Virus record (IMG/VR): IMGVR_UViG_2558860288_000010
Source of the DNA: a virus
Lineage: Duplodnaviria; Heunggongvirae; Uroviricota; Caudoviricetes
Strand: one strand, 5' to 3'
Length of the DNA: 52,982 nt
Numbering within the stretch: the first letter of the stretch is position 1; the number at the start of each line of letters is the position of its first letter. The notes beneath the pieces are model-generated. The model saw only the letters and a list, made by a program, of their open reading frames with translations. It was not told the origin of the DNA and searched no databases. This document shows positions 30,344 to 40,366 of the stretch, piece by piece. The translations under genes and the position numbers were made by a program.

Positions 30344-30850
30344 TTACTCCTCTTGTGACAAACTGTCCTCCTGTTCTGGCGACTCTGCCAGCTCAACCTT
30401 CATGGCAATCTGATCCCGCAGGTCATCTATGACTTTTTGCACCCTGACGACGGCTGACGGTGTCATTGCACAGTCACGCTCGAGAATATCCGGTAGCGTT
30501 TCCAGTACCTGAACGACAGCTTTTGCCATTGAGGCAAACTCCCGGCTGACTTCTGAGGCCGGGATAAGCTCTCCGGTCTCCTGCTGAAACTTGAGGCGCT
30601 CCCGCTCAGACTGAAACCACGCCTTTCGATCCGGCGGTGTCATTTTGTCAACAGCAACCAGCTCCGGCGTCGTAGTCCTGCCCAGTAATTCCCTGAGAAT
30701 ATCCAGAACCGAATACAGCTTGAGGCGGGAGTTACTTCCGGGGGCAGGCTCAACATTGCTCAGTCTACTTGCGACGGTCTGACGATGCAGATTAGTCAGC
30801 GCCGCCAGCTGGTTAATATTGAGGCGAAGATTTTTCAGTTCGTTATCCAT
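30344..30850 (-). CDS. Terminase small subunit (HTH DNA-binding)
   Basis: N-terminal HTH-like LNINQLAALTNLHRQTVASRL, immediately upstream of the large subunit. ATG at 30850. Confidence 0.55.
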   Translation of the reverse strand: MDNELKNLRLNINQLAALTNLHRQTVASRLSNVEPAPGSNSRLKLYSVLDILRELLGRTTTPELVAVDKMTPPDRKAWFQSERERLKFQQETGELIPASEVSREFASMAKAVVQVLETLPDILERDCAMTPSAVVRVQKVIDDLRDQIAMKVELAESPEQEDSLSQEE

Positions 30851-31442
30851 GATGGTGAACAATATTTAAGCGAATCGACATCATGAATAATTTCACAACT
30901 GAAATATCAACAGGTTAGATAAAAGATGATGATGCCGATAAAATGCAAAAAACCAGCCGTTTTCCGCGTGTCCGCAGCCCCCCGGTGTTTCAAATCGCCA
31001 GGAGGACCCGCCAACCGCTCTGGTTTACTCCGCAAAACGAATGAAAATCTGAACGACCACGGTCGCACAGACTAGAATACATGTCCTGTTTCTTCCCCCC
31101 CACACAGAACTTGCGAGCATGAGGGACAAACCCGCGAATAATTAGCGCGGTAAAAACCCGGTGTGCATCGTTTTTGATTATTTCCGCACACTCGCGCAGA
31201 GGAGTTCCCCGTCGGGCTACGGTCATTGTTAATGCGGGAATACGGCGACGATACAGCGCAGCTAAAAGGGTAAAGGACAGATAGAGCGGTTTATTTCATT
31301 CCACAGGATTCTGAATGTCCCCAACTCCCTCCAATAGTCTGAGCGTCCACCTGTGTAGTTTTAATTTTCATCAATTCATTTAACTATCGTTTAATTGTTG
31401 TCACATAGGATTCTGCCGTTTTTAACAATGCAGGATAATAAG

Positions 31443-31736
31443 ATGAAAAAAATGTTGTTTTCTGCCGCTCTGGCAATGCTTATTACAGGATGTGCTCAAC
31501 AGACGTTTACTGTTGGAAACAAACCGACAGCAGTAACACCAAAGGAAACCATCACCCATCACTTCTTCGTTTCGGGAATTGGACAGGAGAAAACTGTTGA
31601 TGCAGCCAAAATTTGTGGCGGCGCAGAAAATGTTGTTAAAACAGAAACCCAGCAAACATTCGTAAATGGATTGCTCGGTTTCATCACTTTTGGCATTTAT
31701 ACTCCGCTGGAAGCACGGGTATATTGCTCACAATAA
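31443..31736 (+). CDS. bor: Bor lipoprotein (serum-resistance lysogenic conversion protein)
   Basis: Translation MKKMLFSAALAMLITGCAQQTFTV...EARVYCSQ is near-identical to lambda Bor. ATG at 31443; the track start is TTG. Confidence 0.85.
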   Translation: MKKMLFSAALAMLITGCAQQTFTVGNKPTAVTPKETITHHFFVSGIGQEKTVDAAKICGGAENVVKTETQQTFVNGLLGFITFGIYTPLEARVYCSQ

Positions 31737-31767
31737 TTGCATGAGTTGCCCATCGATATGGTCAGCT

Positions 31768-32229
31768 CTATCTGCACTGTTCCTTAATATACTGCTGAGT
31801 CCCTTCCAGTTGTTTCTGCATTATTATCAGTCTATCTCTGAGGGTGAAATAATTCCGTTCAGCGGTGTCTGCCAGTCGGGGGGAGGCTGCATTATCCACG
31901 CCGGAGGCGGTGGTGGATTCACGCACGGACGGACAGACTGCTTTGATGCGCAACCGACGACGACCAGCGGCAACATCATCACGCAGAGCATCATTTTCAG
32001 ATTTCGCATCATCTAACTCCTTCGTGTATTTTGCATCGAGCGCAGCAACATCACGCTGGCGAAGCTGCATATCAGTAATTGTCGAGTTCGCCAGCTTCAG
32101 TTCACTGGCCTTGTTATCGCGCTGCTCTTTGTAGGCGATTGCGTTATCACGGTAATGATTAACAGCCCATGACAGGCAGACGATGATGCAGATAACCAGA
32201 GCGGAGATAATCGCGGTTACTCTGTTCAT
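31768..32229 (-). CDS. Rz i-spanin
   Basis: N-terminal TM helix and coiled-coil body. ATG at 32229 overlaps the endolysin stop (ATGA). Confidence 0.8.
   Translation of the reverse strand: MNRVTAIISALVICIIVCLSWAVNHYRDNAIAYKEQRDNKASELKLANSTITDMQLRQRDVAALDAKYTKELDDAKSENDALRDDVAAGRRRLRIKAVCPSVRESTTASGVDNAASPRLADTAERNYFTLRDRLIIMQKQLEGTQQYIKEQCR
31827..32012 (-). CDS. Rz1 o-spanin lipoprotein, embedded in the +1 frame of Rz
   Basis: Lipobox LVVVGC and proline-rich body ([15 protein letters not shown]); lies entirely within Rz on the same strand. Confidence 0.8.
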   Translation of the reverse strand: MMRNLKMMLCVMMLPLVVVGCASKQSVRPCVNPPPPPAWIMQPPPDWQTPLNGIISPSEID

Positions 32230-32723
32230 TGCTGACCCCACAAACAGATTTCACGCTCAATCTCACGACGAGTCATCAGGCCTTTCCATTGCTTACCGCC
32301 AGCGTATGTCCAGCGACGCAGCTGATCACATGCGCCTTTGATATCGCCCTGGTTTATTTTGCGAAGAAGCGTCGATGTTCTAAAATTGCCAGCACCCACG
32401 TTGTAAACGAATGAGTAAAGAGCGCCGCGCGTTGTTTCCGGTATATCGACTTTGATATACGGGTTAATTTGTCTGGCGACAGTGGCAAGGTCTTTATTCA
32501 AGAGTGCTTTGCATTCTGCTTTGGTATACGTTTTACCGAGCATGATGTCTTTTCCGGTGTGTCCGTGACATACAGTCCATACACCAACAATATCTTTGTA
32601 TGGTATGTAGCTGACACCTTCCAGACCATCGTTACCACTTGGGCCAGTGATTAACACTGATGCTATAGCAATTGCTCCGCCACCAATAGCAGCAGCAACG
32701 GCTTTTCGTAATGATGGAGGCAT
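32226..32723 (-). CDS. SAR endolysin (lysozyme)
   Basis: N-terminal signal-anchor-release segment [16 protein letters not shown] followed by a lysozyme-like domain; ATG start overlaps the holin stop. Confidence 0.8.
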   Translation of the reverse strand: MPPSLRKAVAAAIGGGAIAIASVLITGPSGNDGLEGVSYIPYKDIVGVWTVCHGHTGKDIMLGKTYTKAECKALLNKDLATVARQINPYIKVDIPETTRGALYSFVYNVGAGNFRTSTLLRKINQGDIKGACDQLRRWTYAGGKQWKGLMTRREIEREICLWGQQ

Positions 32724-32938
32724 TATTCACCTCTCGCAGCCTTGCGCTTATCTTCTTTAATCTTGAAATAAAGGTTTGTCAGGTACGTCAGCAGGCCAAA
32801 TACCAGGCTACCCAGCACACCTATTGCTGCCCACTGTGAGGGAGTGACTTTATCGAGCAGCTGTAAAAACCAGTAACCGGCACTACCTGCTGAGGTGCCA
32901 TAGGCGACTCCAGTTGTTAACTTATCCATGAATTTCAT
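32723..32938 (-). CDS. Pinholin (S21-type) with dual-start motif
   Basis: [26 protein letters not shown]...KRKAARGE is near-identical to the phage-21 / DLP12 pinholin as recalled. ATG at 32938 with GAGGTGGGG RBS. Confidence 0.8.
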   Translation of the reverse strand: MKFMDKLTTGVAYGTSAGSAGYWFLQLLDKVTPSQWAAIGVLGSLVFGLLTYLTNLYFKIKEDKRKAARGE

Positions 32939-33526
32939 AACCCCACCTCGCAGACAAAGCGGGTGTAAATTGAGGGAATACAACGTATCGCAAAAAAGCA
33001 GAAACGTAACTGACTCCGAGTCAGTGAATAACTCAGGTATTGAGTTATCAGCTAATATCGAGACTCAAAAAATGGAAAAACCAGCTCGACGGCGGGTTTA
33101 AGCTGTGTGACGAAGTAACCACTCTTAACAGCATAACCAATTTTTTACGTACGTAAACCACTGAATGATATTTATGAGAATGCTACCGAGTGTTCAAAAC
33201 ATCACCACAAATACATAAGAAAACTTCAACAAATAAACAATAAATAATTTCCAGTGTTATTTTTAGCTGGTTTAAATTAAACAGACGAATTATAGAACCA
33301 CCATAAATAACAGCCATTAATATAAATTAGCTAATAGGTTTATTTTTGTTCAAATAAGAGCCATAAATAGGTTTCGATAGAAAAAGTTCAGATAAAAATA
33401 GAGATCTACTTCACAAATTAAATGAGAAACTAAAACTTACATCTTGAAATAATCACATTGATTAGATGAATATTTATCGCGCAGTGACATCATTTTTTAA
33501 TAATAGTTCAAAAAAAAGGGCTCACG

Positions 33527-34624
33527 ATGAAAAAATTAACAGTGGCAATTTCTGCTGTAGCTGCATCAGTACTGATGGCGATGTCTGCTCAGGCAGCTGA
33601 AATTTATAATAAAGACAGTAACAAGCTGGATCTGTACGGGAAAGTTAATGCCAAGCACTACTTTTCCTCTAACGATGCAGATGATGGTGATACTACTTAT
33701 GTTCGTCTGGGCTTCAAAGGCGAAACCCAAATCAACGATCAGCTGACTGGTTTCGGTCAGTGGGAATATGAATTCAAAGGCAACCGCGCTGAATCTCAAG
33801 GTTCCTCCAAAGACAAAACCCGTCTTGCATTTGCAGGCCTGAAATTCGGTGACTACGGCTCAATCGATTACGGCCGTAACTACGGTGTAGCATACGACAT
33901 CGGTGCGTGGACTGACGTTCTGCCAGAATTCGGTGGCGATACCTGGACCCAAACAGATGTGTTCATGACTGGTCGCACCACTGGTGTTGCAACCTATCGT
34001 AACAACGACTTCTTTGGTCTGGTTGATGGTCTGAACTTTGCTGCTCAGTACCAAGGCAAAAACGATCGTAGCGATTTCGATAACTACACCGAAGGTAACG
34101 GTGATGGCTTCGGTTTCTCTGCTACCTATGAATACGAAGGATTCGGTATCGGTGCAACTTATGCGAAATCTGATCGTACCGACACTCAAGTTAATGCAGG
34201 GAAAGTTCTTCCTGAAGTATTTGCTTCCGGTAAAAATGCAGAAGTTTGGGCCGCAGGTCTGAAATATGACGCTAACAACATTTACCTGGCCACTACCTAT
34301 TCTGAAACCCAGAATATGACTGTATTTGCTGATCACTTCGTTGCTAATAAAGCTCAAAACTTCGAAGCTGTTGCACAATATCAGTTCGATTTCGGTCTGC
34401 GTCCGTCCGTTGCTTACCTGCAATCTAAAGGTAAGGATCTTGGAGTATGGGGCGATCAGGACTTAGTCAAATATGTTGATGTAGGTGCAACCTATTACTT
34501 CAACAAAAATATGTCTACTTTCGTTGATTACAAAATCAACCTGCTTGACAAAAATGACTTCACTAAAGCACTCGGTGTAAGCACTGATGACATCGTTGCT
34601 GTAGGTCTGGTTTACCAGTTCTAA
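33527..34624 (+). CDS. nmpC: OmpC/OmpF-family outer-membrane porin (nmpC/ompD-like), intact
   Basis: 365 aa with signal peptide [23 protein letters not shown] and a porin C-terminus ending ...GLVYQF. Lies between Q and the holin, as nmpC does in DLP12. Confidence 0.85.
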   Translation: MKKLTVAISAVAASVLMAMSAQAAEIYNKDSNKLDLYGKVNAKHYFSSNDADDGDTTYVRLGFKGETQINDQLTGFGQWEYEFKGNRAESQGSSKDKTRLAFAGLKFGDYGSIDYGRNYGVAYDIGAWTDVLPEFGGDTWTQTDVFMTGRTTGVATYRNNDFFGLVDGLNFAAQYQGKNDRSDFDNYTEGNGDGFGFSATYEYEGFGIGATYAKSDRTDTQVNAGKVLPEVFASGKNAEVWAAGLKYDANNIYLATTYSETQNMTVFADHFVANKAQNFEAVAQYQFDFGLRPSVAYLQSKGKDLGVWGDQDLVKYVDVGATYYFNKNMSTFVDYKINLLDKNDFTKALGVSTDDIVAVGLVYQF

Positions 34625-34640
34625 TCTGATTACGAAAAAG

Positions 34641-34674
34641 ATATGTTGCGGGAGGCGTTGCCTCCCCAACATAT
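34641..34674. terminator. Long hairpin downstream of the porin gene (candidate terminator)
   Basis: atatgttgcgggaggc-gtt-gcctccccaacatat near-perfect inverted repeat, with a T-run on the minus-strand side. Confidence 0.4.
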
Positions 34675-34762
34675 AAGTGGCTCCCTCAAGCCACTTCCTT
34701 TAGGAGCACAACCTTGCTTCTAACTATATAAACCTTCTGTTATATATTACCCTTTATTTTTG

Positions 34763-34790
34763 GGGGCGTTGCAACGCCCCATTTTTAATA
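34763..34790 (+). terminator. Rho-independent terminator-like palindrome
   Basis: Perfect 18-nt palindrome GGGGCGTTGCAACGCCCC followed by ATTTTTAATA on the plus strand. Confidence 0.5.
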
Positions 34791-34813
34791 ACTTTCAGTA
34801 AACAATTGGCATA

Positions 34814-35197
34814 TTAATTAGAGTTATTAACAACGATATCCATCTCTAACCGGATATCTAATGCCATTAACATCCCTTCAATTATGCCCTCAGCCTTCTG
34901 TAACCTTTTCCCGATATAACCATCAGAGCAGCAATGCTTACCTGCCAGTGACATGAATGTCATACCGACTACATAATAATCTACTAATAAATCGTGCAAA
35001 TCGCTGTTGTTCTTTTTCAGACGGGCCATGCACCCGCAAATGATCATCGCGTCATCGTCACAACATTGCGGGCGAGATTTTACTTTTGAAGGAATTAATC
35101 CCTTAAAACCGGCGGCAATGGACGACCAGGTCACATCTTCATGATTATTAGCCGCCCACGCTCCCCAACGCTCAAGAACCATCTGAATATCACGCAT
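34814..35197 (-). CDS. quuD: Late-gene antiterminator Q (QuuD-like)
   Basis: [24 protein letters not shown]... matches the DLP12 QuuD N-terminus as recalled. ATG at 35197; the track start is TTG. Confidence 0.8.
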   Translation of the reverse strand: MRDIQMVLERWGAWAANNHEDVTWSSIAAGFKGLIPSKVKSRPQCCDDDAMIICGCMARLKKNNSDLHDLLVDYYVVGMTFMSLAGKHCCSDGYIGKRLQKAEGIIEGMLMALDIRLEMDIVVNNSN

Positions 35198-35419
35198 CAA
35201 CTTACTCCACAAAAATCAGACCAGAACGCCAATTACAAGCAAAAATCAGCAAAACAGTATTAGTTGATTGTTATCTCTGACTTCATACTCCTGCTCCTGT
35301 CAGTGTTTTGGCGTAATTCTTCAGTATCCGGTAATCGGTCAAAACAGAACCGGGGAAACGATATAAGCGCAGGCGCATCCAGCGGTGGCGAAGACGTTCT
35401 GCCATATAAGACTCAAACA

Positions 35420-35782
35420 TCATTCATTCCCCATTTCGGTGATGGTCAGTTCCAGCCTCCCACCTTTGGTAACAGGCATCTTCACAACGCGGTAATCAAC
35501 GACCTGAGCATCATCCAGCCAGAAACCTGCTTTAGTGAGTGCGTCAAAAGCGGCTTTTTGCAGATTATCCAGGTCACGGCGACGGCGATCCGGCATGTGG
35601 CACTCAATGCGGATTTTCACAGGCATAGCCAGGCCGATATCCAGCATTGCGTTTTTAATGATTCGGGCGACGTTATCGCGGTATGCCTGCCCCTCTGCGC
35701 TGACGTGCGTGCGCCCGCGATTATGGCGGTAATAGCGATTATTGCTCGGAGGCCAGGGTAATGTGATGCTGTAGGTATTCAC
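35420..35782 (-). CDS. rusA: RusA Holliday-junction resolvase
   Basis: [38 protein letters not shown]... matches E. coli RusA as recalled; GTG start. Confidence 0.9.
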   Translation of the reverse strand: MNTYSITLPWPPSNNRYYRHNRGRTHVSAEGQAYRDNVARIIKNAMLDIGLAMPVKIRIECHMPDRRRRDLDNLQKAAFDALTKAGFWLDDAQVVDYRVVKMPVTKGGRLELTITEMGNE

Positions 35783-36069
35783 GCCTTAATAACCCCCTCT
35801 TTCAGCCAGATAACCTGTGTTCTCGCCATACCTTCCAGCGCGCATTCTTTTGCATATGCAGCATCGACAAAATGTGTGCGGCGGTCGATTTCGTCGTGGC
35901 AGGCAGAACATGCAATGGTGGCAATCAGGTCTGGCGGTTTGGTACCGGTGCCGCACAATCCAGTCAGCCGGATATGTGCCAGTACAGACGTTTCAGGGTT
36001 GCCATTGCATACGCCAGGGATTCTTACCTGGCATTCGCGACCACGCGCTGCTTTTCTCAAATCAGCCAT
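35779..36069 (-). CDS. ybcO: YbcO-like putative nuclease (Cys-rich)
   Basis: [23 protein letters not shown]...[13 protein letters not shown]; ATG at 36069 with AAGGAGGAAT RBS. Confidence 0.7.
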   Translation of the reverse strand: MADLRKAARGRECQVRIPGVCNGNPETSVLAHIRLTGLCGTGTKPPDLIATIACSACHDEIDRRTHFVDAAYAKECALEGMARTQVIWLKEGVIKA

Positions 36070-36232
36070 GATTCCTCCTTGCTGCCAGTCGCAACCATTT
36101 TTTATCAACCAGGCTGGCGGTATATCCGAGCAGTGTTGGTATTTCGGATGGTTTTAGCTCAGGCTTACGCTTACGACGATTTGGTACTTTGTAGATGTGT
36201 CCGTTCATGACACGAATAAGCGGTGTAGCCAT
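36062..36232 (-). CDS. ninE: NinE (56 aa), not in the ORF track
   Basis: Hand translation gives [59 protein letters not shown] at 36232 overlaps the ybcN stop; the stop overlaps the ybcO start. Confidence 0.65.
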   Translation of the reverse strand: MATPLIRVMNGHIYKVPNRRKRKPELKPSEIPTLLGYTASLVDKKWLRLAARRNHG

Positions 36233-36687
36233 TACGCCTCCTGTTTGTCGCGGAGCTGCTGGAACTCGCAGCTCTGCGGAATAGTCAGGTGGCAGCCAAT
36301 ATTCATCGCCCAGGCTTCAACCTTACACAGGAAGATATACATCTCTCCGGTATCAAGATCGGAGGTATGGCGTAACGACTGGATAGTGGTGATCTCACCG
36401 GTTACGACATCAACCAGGTCTTTGGTTTCATAACCGAGATATGTGTGTTTGAGAGCATCTTTTACCCAAGCTGGAGTGGCGAACGTTTTACCCCTGCTGA
36501 TGAGGTATTCACTGATTTCGCTGTACCACATGTGGCTGAGTGCATTCTGGGAAAGACTGCGTTTCTCACGCCACGGTTTAAGCACCATGCGAAAGCATTT
36601 GCCTTCCTCCAGATAAGGCTGGATCTGCTGACCGATAGCAGTGAAGTTACCACGATGCAATTTGATGCCGTCTTGTGGGAGGTTCAC
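36232..36687 (-). CDS. ybcN: YbcN / NinB-family protein
   Basis: 151 aa with a REKRSLSQN motif, at the head of the nin gene block; GTG start. Confidence 0.6.
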   Translation of the reverse strand: MNLPQDGIKLHRGNFTAIGQQIQPYLEEGKCFRMVLKPWREKRSLSQNALSHMWYSEISEYLISRGKTFATPAWVKDALKHTYLGYETKDLVDVVTGEITTIQSLRHTSDLDTGEMYIFLCKVEAWAMNIGCHLTIPQSCEFQQLRDKQEA

Positions 36688-36720
36688 GCTTCACCTCCGC
36701 AGAGGTCAAACGCTGGATGC

Positions 36721-36869
36721 AAAAAATCGCAGGTGCATCTCTGCATCTGTGAAGGGAGAAGAGAGTTTGGATTGTATGTGCGCATAAACGTCCCCGTTTA
36801 GCGCAGAAGTCACCGGAGTTGTTCAAGCTCCAATGGCATGATTATGGCTGGTTGATTATTGGAAATCAA
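36721..36869. repeat. 149-bp direct repeat, copy A (about 90% identical to 38664..38812)
   Basis: Base-by-base comparison of the two segments; contains hairpin-forming segments (gcgcataaacg / gtttagcgc). Confidence 0.85.
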
Positions 36870-36881
36870 ATGTGCTGAAAA

Positions 36882-37391
36882 TTAGTCTGCCAAGTCTTCC
36901 TCAGTCGCAACTGGGTAATTCCAAATATCAAAAAAAGCTATAGCCTCCTGCCATTTGCTCCATAAGTTATCAAGTACTTGTGTAGGTTCCGTACTTTTAA
37001 AAACAGAATCAGCCGCATCACCGTTATGAACTTCCTCGTACAGTTCCATTATTAGCAGATTAACAAAGTACTGTTTCAACATTAATGCCTGATTACCTTC
37101 TTTCTGCTGGCTATCCTGCTTGATGATCTCCATCGCCCGTACTAGGCACCTGATGATATCCGCTGCATCATTAACGCTCCATTCAGATCCGCGCTTATCT
37201 TTAGCTGATGAATTGGCTCTCTCAGCGCAAGCCTTTAAAGACTCATAAAGGTAAACTCTATTTTGTAGCTGCAGCGCTTTTTTTGACGTGTACCAACTTG
37301 CAAGCGCCGACCCCGCTGCGGCTAATGTGCCAAACGCAGAAATGCCTGCTGCTATTGCACTTAAGTCGGCACTGTCAAAGTTCCACATCAT
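36882..37391 (-). CDS. Hypothetical protein (169 aa) with an N-terminal hydrophobic segment
   Basis: ATG start; AIAAGISAFGTLAAAGSALASW looks like a signal or TM segment. Confidence 0.4.
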   Translation of the reverse strand: MMWNFDSADLSAIAAGISAFGTLAAAGSALASWYTSKKALQLQNRVYLYESLKACAERANSSAKDKRGSEWSVNDAADIIRCLVRAMEIIKQDSQQKEGNQALMLKQYFVNLLIMELYEEVHNGDAADSVFKSTEPTQVLDNLWSKWQEAIAFFDIWNYPVATEEDLAD

Positions 37392-37626
37392 CGTTACACC
37401 TTATATAAACACCCCTCAGTAATATCCAATAAGGTATGTGAACAATCAATATAATTTATATCCGTATCGGCACATAGCGATTTTAATGCTACTGATAATG
37501 GTATCTTTTAGATTATATCGTCCAGTTCCAGTACCCGTATTTTATGAAATGGACTCGCACATTACCAAAAAAAATGCCAGCACTTCCGTCATCGCAGAAT
37601 GCTGGCAGTATTTCTAACTAGTGACT

Positions 37627-38235
37627 TTATTGCAACAGATTCTGACGGAAATATGGTAACACACGACTCCACTTATCATCCTGCCACGGTTGGAATTTTA
37701 CATGCGCCGTTTCTCTGGCAAGGATTTCTCGCGCCCTGTTGAGTATCCGAGGATATTCTTGTTCGATTGAAGTGAATCTACCTGCTTCGCGATGCTCTGC
37801 GACCTGAAGAAGGGGCGTAACGTTCTGGCAGGCGGTTAACATCGTATCACTTGCTCGCCATAACCAGGCGAGTGTGCAAAGTTCGTTATCAGTGAATTGT
37901 TTTGTGATTGGGGATTGTTGAACTTCTCGATCGAGAATATCCAGAACCCAGCGGCGGAATTCTTTGGCCACAGGAGTACGAGCAAACATGGCGATCAAAT
38001 GGGCTCCGCGAAGGCTAAATACTCGAGACTCCTGCATTCCACGAGGGGTGGTCACTTTGACCACCCTTGTCATCATATCTGTGAATTCATCTGAGTGCCG
38101 AGAGTAAATGCGCTGAACTGCTTTATCGTCCGCATATTCCAGTGCTAAACCAACTTCAGTGGCAGTAAGCCAAATTCTGTTATTGTGGCAAATCGGGGTA
38201 AACGTCGTTTTGTGGAATGCTAATTGAGTAGTCAT
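37627..38235 (-). CDS. Phage antirepressor-like protein (putative)
   Basis: 202 aa; N-terminus resembles antirepressor/Bro-N-type proteins as recalled, and the gene sits directly downstream of the C4-like structured region (P1 c4-ant arrangement). Confidence 0.45.
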   Translation of the reverse strand: MTTQLAFHKTTFTPICHNNRIWLTATEVGLALEYADDKAVQRIYSRHSDEFTDMMTRVVKVTTPRGMQESRVFSLRGAHLIAMFARTPVAKEFRRWVLDILDREVQQSPITKQFTDNELCTLAWLWRASDTMLTACQNVTPLLQVAEHREAGRFTSIEQEYPRILNRAREILARETAHVKFQPWQDDKWSRVLPYFRQNLLQ

Positions 38236-38239
38236 AGTA

Positions 38240-38480
38240 TCACCTCATCAGGTTAACCATCACCACCAACGACGCCAATCGACTGGTGGTGAACTGTGTA
38301 AGGTTGGCGTAACCGGCTACTCAAACCCGGCGCTTCCGAAGAAGCCCTCACACAGCCCACCATAATTTGGGCATAGCCGTGCTTAGCGCACAAAAAAACC
38401 GCTTAACGCGGTATGCGTTGAGTAGTATCCCGGGACGCCAATCCCGTGTGCCGATTTTGCGGCAACGCACAGAATATAGC
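38240..38480 (-). ncRNA. Candidate C4/CI-type antisense RNA locus (prophage copy)
   Basis: Non-coding leader upstream of the antirepressor-like gene. Two hairpin-containing segments each carry acgccaat (38272..38279, 38435..38442), with a partly complementary ttggcgt segment between them (38304..38310), plus the shared 18-nt block at 38449..38466. Confidence 0.35.
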
Positions 38481-38663
38481 GCCGGATAAATCATGTCGTC
38501 AACCCCAGTAAATGGACACCATGATGATCACAGCCATAGCTGCTACAACAGTTACAACTACCTCAGGCCAAAACATAACGATTTCCATATCACCTTTAGC
38601 CGCCAGACGAATAGAGACTCCCAATTCTGGCTGTCGAAGTAAAACACCGAATGTAAAAAATCG

Positions 38664-38812
38664 TAGGTGCATTTCTGCATCTGTGAATGGAGATGAGAGT
38701 TTGGATTGTGTGTGCGCATAAACGTCCCCGTTTAGCGCAGAAGTCACCGGAGTTTTTTAGGCTCCGATGACATGATTATGGCGAGTTGATTATGATGAAT
38801 CAATAGGTTCTT
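38664..38812. repeat. 149-bp direct repeat, copy B
   Basis: About 90% identical to 36721..36869. Confidence 0.85.
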
Positions 38813-38895
38813 ATGTCAAATGAACACTAGATCCAAAGGAGGGTAACAATTATCATAGCCAATGAGATTAATCTCATTTTTAATAAGGAAATTTC

Positions 38896-40017
38896 ATGAA
38901 ATATTTCTCAACTGGTTTTTATGTTTCAAACTCCACATCTCTAGCTGAGATCTTTAATGAATGTTTTTCTTGGGTAAACGACTCACCACATACAACTTTT
39001 ATTCCAGCACAATTAGTATGTGATTATAAAAGCGAGGAGTACTTCATAGAGTCTAAAAATGAAAGAATTGATATAATAACTTATAAAAACAAAGATACTA
39101 GTTTAGGCTGTTTTAGGTATTCGAAAATATCTGAGCCACACAAATGGGTAACAGATATTTCAATTAATAAAAATCTCAAAACTGATACCATGTGGATTCA
39201 GGTGGAATCTAGCGTTGTAAGCCAAGATGCAGCTTATCTAGCCCCGCAACCTAAGAAACCATTAGTTGTTATGAGATTGATTGATAAATTTTCTGGTGGT
39301 CTTGATGATATTTTCAAGGTGTCAGTCGAACCTCATTCCTTAGATGATACTGATGAACATTTAAATATAGCAGCTAAAGTTATAAATGGTGAAACTGACA
39401 ACAGACTACCAATAATATACGTTAGCTCCAAGTATTTTTTTAATGAACATGCTCACAATATCATCCCAGAACGCCTTGCAAGAAAGGTATGCGGATTAGC
39501 ACATGTATTAATTGAGCCTAGCAATAGACTATTTTCTATTAAGCTAAAAAATGAGACAAATGCTAAAAATGCCTATGCTGGTGCTGTTGGTATCTATTGG
39601 CCACGGGGTCAAAATATCAGTTTTTATCGCCGTGGTGAGAAAACCGCAAAAGAATTTGAAGATGAGTTATTTGATGATGTTGTAAGAGCTACGACTACAA
39701 TGGCTCCTGTCTCAGATAGTGGATGGAGTGAGATACAAACCAGAAAAACGAAAGACTCTATTAACTCACTCAAAGAAAGAGGAGAATACACACGCGAACT
39801 GATGGCGCTTTACGAAGCCGATAATGTTGCGAAAGATGACCAAATAGAAGATCTTAAGCATAAGATCTCCTCTTTAGAGCACAGAGTACGCACTCTTCAA
39901 TCACAAGCTTCAGCCCAAGGAAGCATTGTGCTTAATGCTGGTGAAGAGACTGATTTTTTTGATGGAGAAATCAAAAATATAATTATTGACGCACTAAAAA
40001 CTGCCATAAAAAAATAA
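38896..40017 (+). CDS. Hypothetical AT-rich 373-aa protein in reverse orientation to the surrounding early genes; possibly truncated
   Basis: ATG with AAGGAA RBS; C-terminal coiled-coil-like region. The stop follows a run of seven A's (40008..40014). Confidence 0.55.
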   Translation: MKYFSTGFYVSNSTSLAEIFNECFSWVNDSPHTTFIPAQLVCDYKSEEYFIESKNERIDIITYKNKDTSLGCFRYSKISEPHKWVTDISINKNLKTDTMWIQVESSVVSQDAAYLAPQPKKPLVVMRLIDKFSGGLDDIFKVSVEPHSLDDTDEHLNIAAKVINGETDNRLPIIYVSSKYFFNEHAHNIIPERLARKVCGLAHVLIEPSNRLFSIKLKNETNAKNAYAGAVGIYWPRGQNISFYRRGEKTAKEFEDELFDDVVRATTTMAPVSDSGWSEIQTRKTKDSINSLKERGEYTRELMALYEADNVAKDDQIEDLKHKISSLEHRVRTLQSQASAQGSIVLNAGEETDFFDGEIKNIIIDALKTAIKK

Positions 40018-40315
40018 AAATGAATTTGGTAGAAGCTACCATATCTTATCATCCCTAATTGCCAATAATGAATACAATAAAGAAACCGAGAGTCGCCGCC
40101 AATTACTTAAAAGGACTTTAACAGGTTACAGAAGCATGGATAGCGCAACACAAAGAAATTTAAAGGACTTAGGTTTCAGTGCGTCAAGCGATGGAAAACA
40201 CTGGAAGTTAACATATAATGAAGACCCTCGATATTCCTATATTTTACCTAAAACAGGAAGTGACCACAGAGGTTCTTTAAATGCTATCTCGGATATAGCA
40301 AACATTATTTTCTAA
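40016..40315 (+). pseudogene. Out-of-frame downstream continuation (about 100 codons) of the 373-aa gene
   Basis: Open frame from 40016 to the TAA at 40313..40315, with no ATG until 40135 and no RBS; a 1-nt change in the A7 run would fuse it to the upstream gene. Confidence 0.3.
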
Positions 40316-40323
40316 TAAATTTC

Positions 40324-40349
40324 AATAGCACTCACAAATGAGTGCTATT
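40324..40349. terminator. Hairpin between convergent genes
   Basis: aatagcactc-acaaat-gagtgctatt, a perfect 10-bp stem. Confidence 0.4.
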
Positions 40350-40366
40350 GTTGCCACTGAATTACT

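Noticed and set aside
35264-35761. 165-aa plus-strand ORF overlapping rusA
   Set aside because: Antisense to a confidently identified rusA gene, and it begins at a non-ATG codon.
38499-38747. 82-aa minus-strand ORF with a hydrophobic C-terminus between repeat B and the C4-like region
   Set aside because: Starts inside the direct repeat and has no clear RBS; more likely part of the regulatory leader, although a small membrane peptide cannot be excluded.
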